Source: Candidatus Magasanikiibacteriota bacterium (GTDB lineage Bacteria > Patescibacteriota > Patescibacteriia > Magasanikbacterales > GWA2-37-8). Taken from it: a stretch of 64,000 nt of DNA. Below are positions 56,548-64,000 of the stretch, in pieces. Numbering within the stretch: position 1 is the first letter of the stretch; each line of letters begins with the position of its first letter. The notes beneath the pieces are model-generated. The model was not told the origin of the DNA, made no database searches, and saw only the letters and a list, made by a program, of their open reading frames with translations. The position numbers and the translations under genes were made by a program. Location: assembly GCA_030650025.1 (NCBI GenBank), contig JAUSEN010000024.1, positions 563-64,562 of the forward strand. Reading direction: 5' to 3'.

Positions 56548-57495
56548 ATGGACTACGTTTATAAACAGCTTCAGAAATTTGGGAAAATAAAAACCGGAGC
56601 GGGGCTCGCTAAATTTTCTTCGTTTCACATTGGCGGCCCGGCCGATTATTTTTTGATTGTTAAGAATAAAGAAGATTTAGTGGGAGCGTTAAAATTTATT
56701 TCGGCCGAGGGCTTGGATTATTTTATTTTAGGGGGCGGTTCTAATGTTTTGTTTTCAGACGATGGGTTTCGGGGAGTAGTGATCCAGAATAAATGTTCCA
56801 GTTTAAAATTGGAAAATAATATTATTACGGTTGATGGGGGAGTGGAATTGAGTAAAGTCGTGGAGGCCGCGACTGGCGCCGGGCTAGCCGGTTTCGAGTG
56901 GGCGGCGGGCATACCCGGGTCAGTCGGAGGCGCGGTGCGCGGCAACGCGGGCGCGCGCTATGCTTTTGCCGGCGGCGAGCTGAAAGATTGCGCGCAGAAA
57001 GTAGGAGCGTGGCGCGATGGCCATGTGACGGATTTATCTAATGCCGCTTGCGCTTTTGGCTATCGTGACAGTATTTTTAAGCACGAACCGGCCGTAGTTT
57101 TGGATTTAGAAATAGAATTGAAGCCAGGGGACAAGGCTAGTATTTTAACTACTACGCAAAAAATTATTGCCGAACGCCGCGGTAAACAGCCACCCCAATC
57201 TTCGGCCGGCAGTTTTTTTAAGAATATTTTTTTAGAAGCCTGGAAGCGCGACAAAGCCGAACTGCCGCCGCGTTTTTTAGAATACAAAAAAATCGCGGCC
57301 GGCTGGCTTATTGAGCAGGCGGGGCTCAAAGGCTATCGCGTTGGGGGGGCCATGGTTTCTCAAAGCCACGCCAACTTTATTATCAACCTCGGCCAGGCCA
57401 CCCAGGCCGATGTTTTGGCAGTGCGTGATTATGTGATGGAGAAAGTATACGAAAAATTTGGAATTAGTTTAGAGGAAGAGGTGATGATTGTTTAA
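56548..57495 (+). CDS. murB: UDP-N-acetylenolpyruvoylglucosamine reductase
   Basis: The FAD-binding region reads FHIGGPADYF...ILGGGSNVLF. Confidence 0.85.
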   Translation: MDYVYKQLQKFGKIKTGAGLAKFSSFHIGGPADYFLIVKNKEDLVGALKFISAEGLDYFILGGGSNVLFSDDGFRGVVIQNKCSSLKLENNIITVDGGVELSKVVEAATGAGLAGFEWAAGIPGSVGGAVRGNAGARYAFAGGELKDCAQKVGAWRDGHVTDLSNAACAFGYRDSIFKHEPAVVLDLEIELKPGDKASILTTTQKIIAERRGKQPPQSSAGSFFKNIFLEAWKRDKAELPPRFLEYKKIAAGWLIEQAGLKGYRVGGAMVSQSHANFIINLGQATQADVLAVRDYVMEKVYEKFGISLEEEVMIV

Positions 57496-57592
57496 GGTGG
57501 TTGGTTTAAGGTGGTTGGTTTGACGGCTGATTGAGAATTTAGTAAAATATGACTATCAACTAATTTAAATTAGTTAAAAAATTGCTTGTCTT

Positions 57593-57946
57593 ATGCAACT
57601 CATCATCTCCGGTAAAGGCTTGGGCTTAACCGACGCCATCGAAAATTACGTCGCCAAGAAAATTAATCCGTTGGAAAAGTTTTTTAAAGGTATTATCCGA
57701 GCCGACGTGACACTTGGTAAAGAAACCAAGCACCGGGTGAAGGGCGAAATATTCTACGCGGAATGTAAATTAGCCATCCCAGGCAATGACATTTTTGAAC
57801 GCGAGGGTGGCAAAGATTTATATAGCGCGATTGACGGGCTGAAAGATGGTTTAGAAGTCGAGCTTAAAAGACGCAAGGCCAAACTGCACAAAAACGATAA
57901 AAAAATTCACATAGCGCGGCGCAGTAATAAAGAGTACCAAGACTGA
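57593..57946 (+). CDS. hpf: Ribosome hibernation promoting factor (RaiA/HPF family)
   Basis: MQLIISGKGLGLTDAIENYV...AECKL matches HPF. Confidence 0.85.
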   Translation: MQLIISGKGLGLTDAIENYVAKKINPLEKFFKGIIRADVTLGKETKHRVKGEIFYAECKLAIPGNDIFEREGGKDLYSAIDGLKDGLEVELKRRKAKLHKNDKKIHIARRSNKEYQD

Positions 57947-60225
57947 TGACTAAGATTTTTGTTTACAAAAAATTTCTTCCCGCGTTTTATACTCTCGCGG
58001 GTTCTTTTATTATCGCGCTCGGCTGGGGCAAATATCACTTGGACAAGCATAATTTAAGCAAATTTTTGCTTACGATATTCGCGATCATGTTCGCCGTGGC
58101 TCTGCTTTATAGATTGGGGCTTTTTTTGTTTGATAAATTTTTCCCGCGTTTTCGGCGCCACCCTTTTTGGCATACGGAGTTCCGCAAAGAAATAGACGAG
58201 ATTTTTTTTGTCAGCGCGCTGTGGTTTGGAGTATTTTTGATTCGAGTAGAAATTTACAGCTTGCTTTATGTTTTAGTGGTTTTATTATTATTATTTTTTG
58301 TGCTCCGACGCGTAATCAGCCGCCATCCGGCGTCCCGTGACTGGCTCTCTGCACACAACACGCTTGGCTTATTCGCTTTTGTTTTGTTTGTTATTCAGGC
58401 GTTGTTCCAGTATCTAAGTTACCGCTGGTATATCTTGGACGCTAATATTAAGTTTTATAATATTGTTTTGTTCCGCTCGTTCGCGATGACAGCGGTTTGG
58501 TTGTTGGCTTTTGCGGTAGCCGGAATTATAGTGGCGCGTTTAGCCGGCCGGTTGCGTTTTGGCATGCTGGCGTTATGTTCGGCGTTATTTTTGTTGTTTT
58601 TATTATTTTGGGGGGTTAATTTAAGCCTTTTGTATTATTCTGGTTTACAGTTTGACCCAACGGCATTGGCACATTTGAGCGGTTCGTCCGGTCTAGTAAA
58701 ATGGGGGAGTTTAATTTATCCAGTTCTCGGCTTAATTTTTTTAGCGGCGCTTTTTTTGTTTGCACTTATTCAAATGTTGCGAGCGCACAGCAATATTCCG
58801 CGTCGCCAGTGGTATGCTTATTACGGCGGCATTATCGCGCTCGCTATCATGACTCTTTTCAGTTTTGGATCTTTAAAAAATACCCCCGAGCGAGTGGTGA
58901 TTAGTTCGTTTTATAATTTTTACTTTGGGTCAAATACTGCGATCAAGCTAGACCCAGCGCTGGTTCAGAAGCTCAAAAATTTTGGGCTTAATTATAACCC
59001 CGATACGTTTTATGTGGCCGAACACGATCGTGTTTATAGCGCGTCCAGTTCGGCCCCCTTAATTAGTAAAAAATTGGCGGTCGAAAAACCGAATGTTATT
59101 ATTGTTTTTTTAGAGTCTTATAGCGCGCGTTTAACCAGTGTTTACGACAATCGTTTTCCGGGGCTAACTCCGGGGCTCGAGCAAATGGCTTTGAATAAAA
59201 ATACCACAGTTTTTAATAATCACTATAATGCGTCGACGCCAACCGTCACCGGTCTCCTGTCACTGCTCTGTAGTATCTTGCCACCAACTGGGCATAATGA
59301 GATTCAGAATGACAAGAAGTTGCATCGTCATCGTTTGTTGTGTTTGCCGGAAGTTTTAAAGAAAAATGGTTACACATATATCGGCTATGTCACGGCTGTG
59401 GCCAAAGATTTTGCAAATAAAGACGGAATTTTTGCAAGCATGGGTACGGACGAGACGTTTGGAACAGAAGAGCTCAAAAAATTTATTCCCGGAACGCCGC
59501 TGTCTTGGGGGTACTCGGATCATCAGTTGTTTCCATTTTTATGGAAGCTTGCTAGCGAGAAACAAAAACCATTTTTGTTGATGCTCTCTACAGTGGATAC
59601 GCACCCGCCTTTTAATTTGGCAGAGGACGAAGTGAAATATGGCGACGGCGCTCAGCAGCTTTTGAATTCGTTTCATACCACCGACGACGCTTTTTTAAAA
59701 TTTTGGCAAGATTTTAGGTCGAGTTCTCTCGCGGATAACACGATCGTAGTCGCGGTGGCCGATCATGCGGTTTTTCCGGGGGCTTACGACAAAGCGACAT
59801 TTCCAAAAGAATTTGGAAAATTGAATTTTTATGATAAAAATGTGTTTTTAATGTATGTTCCAGGCAATGCGGAAACCAAGCTACTCCCTAAAAAAGTGGA
59901 AATAATAACTTCCGGCTTGGATCTTACTCCTACGCTTCTACAAATTTTAGGTTACACACTACCTAATTCGTTTGAAGGCCATTCGGCGTTTGATGACCGG
60001 AAAGACTACCAAAATATTTTGGGTATGCATGAACTGGGACTTTATATTAATCAAAAAGTAGGGTTGAAAAGGCAAATTGATTATAATGTTCCAACGGAAA
60101 TTTCTTGTTCAATTAATTACTTGCCATTGGCCAGTTCTTTTTCTGGCCTATCGCTCTGCGATTATTTGCAGTTTTATAAATGGAAGCGCCAGATGTTTGA
60201 AGAGGGAAGATTTTGGAAGGAGTAG
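57946..60225 (+). CDS. LtaS-like membrane-anchored sulfatase-family (alkaline-phosphatase superfamily) transferase
   Basis: Multiple N-terminal transmembrane helices are followed by an extracellular domain with NVIIVFLESYSARL and STVDTHPPF. Confidence 0.55.
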   Translation: MTKIFVYKKFLPAFYTLAGSFIIALGWGKYHLDKHNLSKFLLTIFAIMFAVALLYRLGLFLFDKFFPRFRRHPFWHTEFRKEIDEIFFVSALWFGVFLIRVEIYSLLYVLVVLLLLFFVLRRVISRHPASRDWLSAHNTLGLFAFVLFVIQALFQYLSYRWYILDANIKFYNIVLFRSFAMTAVWLLAFAVAGIIVARLAGRLRFGMLALCSALFLLFLLFWGVNLSLLYYSGLQFDPTALAHLSGSSGLVKWGSLIYPVLGLIFLAALFLFALIQMLRAHSNIPRRQWYAYYGGIIALAIMTLFSFGSLKNTPERVVISSFYNFYFGSNTAIKLDPALVQKLKNFGLNYNPDTFYVAEHDRVYSASSSAPLISKKLAVEKPNVIIVFLESYSARLTSVYDNRFPGLTPGLEQMALNKNTTVFNNHYNASTPTVTGLLSLLCSILPPTGHNEIQNDKKLHRHRLLCLPEVLKKNGYTYIGYVTAVAKDFANKDGIFASMGTDETFGTEELKKFIPGTPLSWGYSDHQLFPFLWKLASEKQKPFLLMLSTVDTHPPFNLAEDEVKYGDGAQQLLNSFHTTDDAFLKFWQDFRSSSLADNTIVVAVADHAVFPGAYDKATFPKEFGKLNFYDKNVFLMYVPGNAETKLLPKKVEIITSGLDLTPTLLQILGYTLPNSFEGHSAFDDRKDYQNILGMHELGLYINQKVGLKRQIDYNVPTEISCSINYLPLASSFSGLSLCDYLQFYKWKRQMFEEGRFWKE

Positions 60226-60245
60226 GGGCATGATATATCGTGTCC

Positions 60246-60530
60246 CTACTTGGGGTAGATTAAATTTCCGTTCTGGTCATAAAGCAATACTGCTAACACC
60301 GGGCAGGATTGCGCGGCCAGCATAATAGTGTCTTCGTCGGTCGAATCTGGGTCTACCACGTAGGCTAAATTTTCTTTGTCTATTTGGAACACGCCGGGAG
60401 CGACCGCGACGCAAGTGCCAGCGCCAATGCATTTGGCGCGGTCTATGACAAGGCGTCGAATTTTACCCTGCCTACCGGCAGGCAGGCTTTGGCCGCGAAT
60501 TTTTTCGGAAATTTCTTCGGGGAGATTCAT
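60246..60530 (-). CDS. Single-cluster ferredoxin (Fer4-type)
   Basis: IDRAKCIGAGTCVAVAP...AAQSCP matches a Fer4-type ferredoxin. Confidence 0.7.
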   Translation of the reverse strand: MNLPEEISEKIRGQSLPAGRQGKIRRLVIDRAKCIGAGTCVAVAPGVFQIDKENLAYVVDPDSTDEDTIMLAAQSCPVLAVLLYDQNGNLIYPK

Positions 60531-60823
60531 AGCTCATCTAATTTTAAATCGTCGATCGTGAGCGGCGTGATTGGCTGGCCAGCACCTTGTTCTAGGCGCT
60601 TAGTAATGTCCTTGGTGGCGGCTTCTTGATACAGTTTGGAATCATCTTCCACCACGTTAGGCCCAGAGTCGCAGTTGTCCACACAGGCGCAAAAATCAAG
60701 GTCAACGGGCTCATTTTTCTGCCCTGCCGCCAGGCCAAAGTGGGCGGCGAGCACCTCCATAATTCGCTCCGCGCCGCGGTAGCGGCAATGGGGTCCTTGG
60801 CAAACGCGAATTTTCTTGGACAC
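60527..60823 (-). CDS. Thioredoxin-like [2Fe-2S] ferredoxin (NuoE-like fold)
   Basis: The cluster ligands are VCQGPHC...FCACVDNC. Confidence 0.6.
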   Translation of the reverse strand: MSKKIRVCQGPHCRYRGAERIMEVLAAHFGLAAGQKNEPVDLDFCACVDNCDSGPNVVEDDSKLYQEAATKDITKRLEQGAGQPITPLTIDDLKLDEL

Positions 60824-60858
60824 AGATTACGCAGATTAATAAGTGAGAATTACACGAA

Positions 60859-61176
60859 TTATATTCCCAGCATGGCTCGCATGTCATCGGGAATTTTGTA
60901 CGGCGGGTCAAAGGTTATTTCGATATTAACTTTATCGGCTCCAGCGTTTTTCAGGGCCGCTGTAATCTCGTCATTCAGTTGCGACCCCCAGGGGCAAAAG
61001 GGCGTCGTATAAGTCATTAAAATTTTAACGTTATTTTTATCTATATCAATTTTGTAAATTAACCCCATGCTCCAAACGTCAAAGCCAACTTCGGGGTCTT
61101 TAACAGTTTGCAAGGCCGTGATAGCCGCTTCTTTGTCTAGGGACGGTGGATTAATTTTTTTGTTAGACTTTTTCAT
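60859..61176 (-). CDS. DUF59/MIP18-family Fe-S assembly protein (SufT-like)
   Basis: VKDPEVGFDVWSMGLIY...TTPFCP matches the DUF59 family. Confidence 0.7.
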   Translation of the reverse strand: MKKSNKKINPPSLDKEAAITALQTVKDPEVGFDVWSMGLIYKIDIDKNNVKILMTYTTPFCPWGSQLNDEITAALKNAGADKVNIEITFDPPYKIPDDMRAMLGI

Positions 61177-61187
61177 AAAATTAAGTG

Positions 61188-61937
61188 TTATTTCGAACCT
61201 CGCAGAGCGTGGTGAAACGACAAATATCCATTTTTTTCAATTTCCAGTGCCAGCTGGGCACTACCGGTTTTGATTATCCGGCCATCTGTCATGACCGACA
61301 CTAGATCGGGTTTCACGTATTTAAGCAGGCGATTGTAATGGGTGATTAACAAGAGGCCGGTGCCGGTTTTTTTTGCGGCCACAATGCCCTCTGCCACAAC
61401 CTTTAAGGCGTCTACATCTAACCCCGAGTCGATCTCGTCCAAAATAGCGTATTTGGGTTTTATCATAAGGAGCTGTAAAATTTCCAATCGTTTTTTTTCG
61501 CCGCCCGAAAAACCCACGTGCACATGGCGGCGAGCGAAATCGATATTCATATTAAGCTCTTTAAGCTTGGTAGCCAGTTTTTTGTAAAATTCTTGAGGGT
61601 TTTGGGGCTGGCCGAGCGCGGCGCCGACAGCCAGGCGTAAAAAATTCGCGACGCTAACACCCGGAATAGCGGGCGGGTGTTGCAGGGACAAAAATAATCC
61701 GGCTTTGGCCTTTTTCTCCGGAGAAAATTTAGTAATGTCAGTTGCGTCTAAGAATATTTTACCAGTCGTGACAGTATATTTAGGATGGCCGGCGAGAGCG
61801 TTCGCGAGGCTCGATTTGCCCGAGCCATTTGGACCCATGATAACGGAAATTAATTTGGGTTTAACTTCAAGCGAAACGTTTTTGACAACGGTTTTATTAG
61901 CAGTTACCACTGATAAGTTTTTTATTTGCAGGGACAT
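61188..61937 (-). CDS. sufC: Fe-S cluster assembly ATPase SufC
   Basis: MSLQIKNLSV...GPNGSGKSSL, an ABC signature and Walker B (ILDEIDSGLD) are present. Confidence 0.85.
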   Translation of the reverse strand: MSLQIKNLSVVTANKTVVKNVSLEVKPKLISVIMGPNGSGKSSLANALAGHPKYTVTTGKIFLDATDITKFSPEKKAKAGLFLSLQHPPAIPGVSVANFLRLAVGAALGQPQNPQEFYKKLATKLKELNMNIDFARRHVHVGFSGGEKKRLEILQLLMIKPKYAILDEIDSGLDVDALKVVAEGIVAAKKTGTGLLLITHYNRLLKYVKPDLVSVMTDGRIIKTGSAQLALEIEKNGYLSFHHALRGSK

Positions 61938-61941
61938 AGTT

Positions 61942-62391
61942 TTAGTTGAATCTATTTCGTTCTTTTTTTTCCAACGCGCGTTCAATGTTAACAATAAGGG
62001 CGTTAATTTTTTCTCTAATTTCAGTAATTTCTTCACGTTTTGGAAATTCTGTGAACCTAGTTAAGGAAGGCAAATTGGGCATCACGCAAGCTCCTTCGGT
62101 TGTAAAAATACTCAATGTACCTGGGTCCTTGGCTACTTCTGGGACAAATTGTTCTCTGGCCAGTTCCACAATTCTCTCTTGGCCGACAATCCTATACACA
62201 AACAAATACACAAACAAAGGAATTAATAGGCCGGTTTGTCCATGGAAGCGCACGATGCCATATTCGTTGTCTGCCACGCTGGCCGAGTAACTCGTCGCTG
62301 GTTCGGTAATAGTAATGGCGCGCCTTTTTTCGGTTTCTGGCGTTGTCCCGATTTGTTCTGTCGTCATAGTATCTGAAAAAAGTTTAAACAA
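61942..62391 (-). CDS. Hypothetical 149-aa protein between sufU and sufC, in the position where sufB/sufD would normally be
   Basis: ORF only. It has no recognisable SufB/D beta-helix. Confidence 0.3.
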   Translation of the reverse strand: MFKLFSDTMTTEQIGTTPETEKRRAITITEPATSYSASVADNEYGIVRFHGQTGLLIPLFVYLFVYRIVGQERIVELAREQFVPEVAKDPGTLSIFTTEGACVMPNLPSLTRFTEFPKREEITEIREKINALIVNIERALEKKERNRFN

Positions 62392-62392
62392 C

Positions 62393-62761
62393 TTATTTTA
62401 TAGCATTGTTTATGGCCTTGAGTCCGAGCGTGGCACAGCCAATGCGAGCGGGCGTAATTTTTGGCAATCCCAATATTTTGAGCATTTTTTCGGTAGATAG
62501 TTTAGAAATGTCAGCTTTAGATTTGTTTTTTAAGTAGTCGGTCAAAAGGGAAGTGGCGGCGGTAGAAATGGCACAGCCTTCGCCAGTCCACCCTAGTTCT
62601 GTTATTTTTTCCGCTTTGTCCAATTTAATAAACACATCAATTTCATCGCTACAGAGTGGGTTTTTCTCGTGGCGAGTGAAATCAAAATTTTTTAGCATTG
62701 TTTTGTTCCGTGGGTGGCGGTATAAATCTAGAATATATTCTTGATACAAAGCATCGGTCAT
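62393..62761 (-). CDS. sufU: SufU/IscU-like Fe-S scaffold (NifU N-terminal family)
   Basis: YRHPRN...PLCSDEIDVFI...GEGCAIS...ARIGCATL matches the family. Confidence 0.8.
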   Translation of the reverse strand: MTDALYQEYILDLYRHPRNKTMLKNFDFTRHEKNPLCSDEIDVFIKLDKAEKITELGWTGEGCAISTAATSLLTDYLKNKSKADISKLSTEKMLKILGLPKITPARIGCATLGLKAINNAIK

Positions 62762-62764
62762 AAA

Positions 62765-64000
62765 TTACCCAAAAATTTTCTTAACCTCTTTAATGGCAGA
62801 GACTAGTTTATCAATATCTTTTTTGGTTGTATATACTCCCGCCGAGGCCCGGGCCGTGCCCACCAGTCCCAGGTGTTTGTGGAGCGGCATGGCGCAGTGG
62901 TGGCCAACGCGAACACAGACGCCAGCGCGGTTTACGATTTCGCCGATGTCGTGCGGGTGGGCTCCGGGTATTGTGAATGAGATGACGCCGAGGCGCGAGA
63001 CCTCACCCCGCCCTCTCCTTTGCGAAGGAGAGGGGGTCGACGGGCCGATGATGTTTACGAGCGGCGTTAATTTTTCTAGCGCGTAATCGGTCAGCCTTTT
63101 TTCATGAGCAACAATTGTGTTCATGCCAATTTTGGTAATAAATTCGGCGGCCGCGCTAAGGCCAATCGCTTCGGCAATCGGCGGCGTGCCCGCCTCAAAT
63201 TTATAGGGCACTTCATTCCAGGTAGCTCTTTCGTATGTTACGTCGCTTACCATCTCGCCGCCAAACATAAATGGTTCCAGATGTTCCTCCAGCATTATTT
63301 TTTTACCATACAGTACGCCAATCCCGGTTGGTCCGTACATTTTGTGCCCAGACAAAACTAAAAAATCGCAATCCAGTTTTTTGACGTCAATCGGTAAGTG
63401 CGCGGCCGCTTGCGCCGCGTCCACGATAGTGTAAACTTTCGGAGATTTTTGTTTAGCGAGTTTAATAATTTCCGCGACTGGGTTAATTGCTCCCAAAACG
63501 TTTGAGGCTTGCGTTAAGCTTACGATTTTTGTGTTCTCGTCAATGACGTTGTAGGAATTAGGCTCTAGCTGGTAGCTGGTAGGGTCAAGTTCTATAAATC
63601 TGATTTCAAATCCGTAGTGTTTGGACATTTCCTGCCACGGTACCAGGTTGGCGTGGTGTTCCATCCGAGTAAGCACGATGTTATCGCGGTGCGAGAGGCG
63701 AGGGGATAGCGAGCGGGCGAGCGCGTTTAATCCAAACGTGGCGCCGGAATTAAAAATAATTTCTTCGGGCGCGGAGTTTAAAAATTTCGCCATCTGTTTC
63801 CGCGCGGCTTCATATTTTTCCGTGGCCGTAATACTTATATCATACAGCCCGCGATGCACATTAGAACGGTATTTGGCGTAGTAATCATTCATCGCGTCAA
63901 TCACCACCTGCGGTGTTTGCGTGGTGGCGGCACTGTCCAGATATGCTAAATTCGGGTGCGCGCGGAAGATGGGGAAATGTTGTTTAATTTTTTTGGTAAT
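62765..64000 (-). CDS. sufS: Cysteine desulfurase SufS/IscS (class V aminotransferase). The 5' end runs off the window, and the gene carries an in-frame palindromic insert
   Basis: LSGHKMYGPTGIGVLYG (PLP-lysine) and HHCAMP are present. The reading frame continues upstream of 63907 (FPIFRAHPNLAYLDSAATTQ). The insert encodes PSPSQRRGRGEV. Confidence 0.85.
   Translation of the reverse strand: MTKKIKQHFPIFRAHPNLAYLDSAATTQTPQVVIDAMNDYYAKYRSNVHRGLYDISITATEKYEAARKQMAKFLNSAPEEIIFNSGATFGLNALARSLSPRLSHRDNIVLTRMEHHANLVPWQEMSKHYGFEIRFIELDPTSYQLEPNSYNVIDENTKIVSLTQASNVLGAINPVAEIIKLAKQKSPKVYTIVDAAQAAAHLPIDVKKLDCDFLVLSGHKMYGPTGIGVLYGKKIMLEEHLEPFMFGGEMVSDVTYERATWNEVPYKFEAGTPPIAEAIGLSAAAEFITKIGMNTIVAHEKRLTDYALEKLTPLVNIIGPSTPSPSQRRGRGEVSRLGVISFTIPGAHPHDIGEIVNRAGVCVRVGHHCAMPLHKHLGLVGTARASAGVYTTKKDIDKLVSAIKEVKKIFG
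63011..63034. repeat. In-frame palindrome ccctctcc-tttgcgaa-ggagaggg inside sufS
   Basis: Read from the sequence, with a GC-rich flanking extension. Confidence 0.65.

Noticed and set aside
57495-57523. Short tandem repeat ggtggttggttt, two copies, after murB.
   Set aside because: Only two copies. It is probably part of a terminator or spacer and is not a CRISPR array or a notable repeat.

Overview
This 64 kb window looks like a low-GC, gene-dense stretch of a Patescibacteria/CPR-like genome. Three interpretations below are inference rather than read-off: that the repeated GC-rich palindromes are mobile and inserted in-frame, that the GC-rich block at 36.7-42.4 kb is a tandem array of repeated cassette modules, and that the three T4SS-like genes form a dispersed secretion system.

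Housekeeping genes recognisable from the translations include dnaX, cysS, ligA, ppsA, dus, infC-rpmI-rplT, smpB with a tmRNA, mpl/murC-mraY-murB, hpf and a reduced suf cluster. The characteristic CPR type IV pilus set is present (pilM, a CheY-like receiver, a prepilin and the prepilin peptidase pilD). There is also a cell-envelope glycan island with a Wzy/WaaL-like ligase, two SAM-dependent methyltransferases, a GT4 glycosyltransferase and an LtaS-like protein.

Three layers of unusual structure stand out:

1. Short GC-rich perfect palindromes sit in-frame inside at least eleven conserved genes. One family has 'gtaggg...ccctac' ends; other hairpin types are also present. The pattern resembles Rickettsia palindromic elements.

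2. Several GC-rich ORFs (about 65-70% GC) are embedded in AT-rich native-like flanks. Between 36.7 and 42.4 kb three such genes are arranged in tandem; the second and third share a leader hairpin, ribosome-binding site and signal peptide, and the first and second end in the same 3' stem-loop. Two promoter-driven tRNA-like small RNA genes are interspersed with them. One encoded protein carries Myxococcus-type cysteine-rich repeats.

3. T4SS-like components are dispersed: a VirD4/TraG-like coupling ATPase, a paralog consisting only of its N-terminal domain, and a VirB2/TrbC-like pilin.

Other oddities: a 113-bp MITE-like element, a duplicated tRNA-Gln 3' end, a conserved stem-loop-plus-ATG leader motif present three times, a LysW-like zinc-ribbon mini-ORF, and a suf operon with no SufB/SufD.
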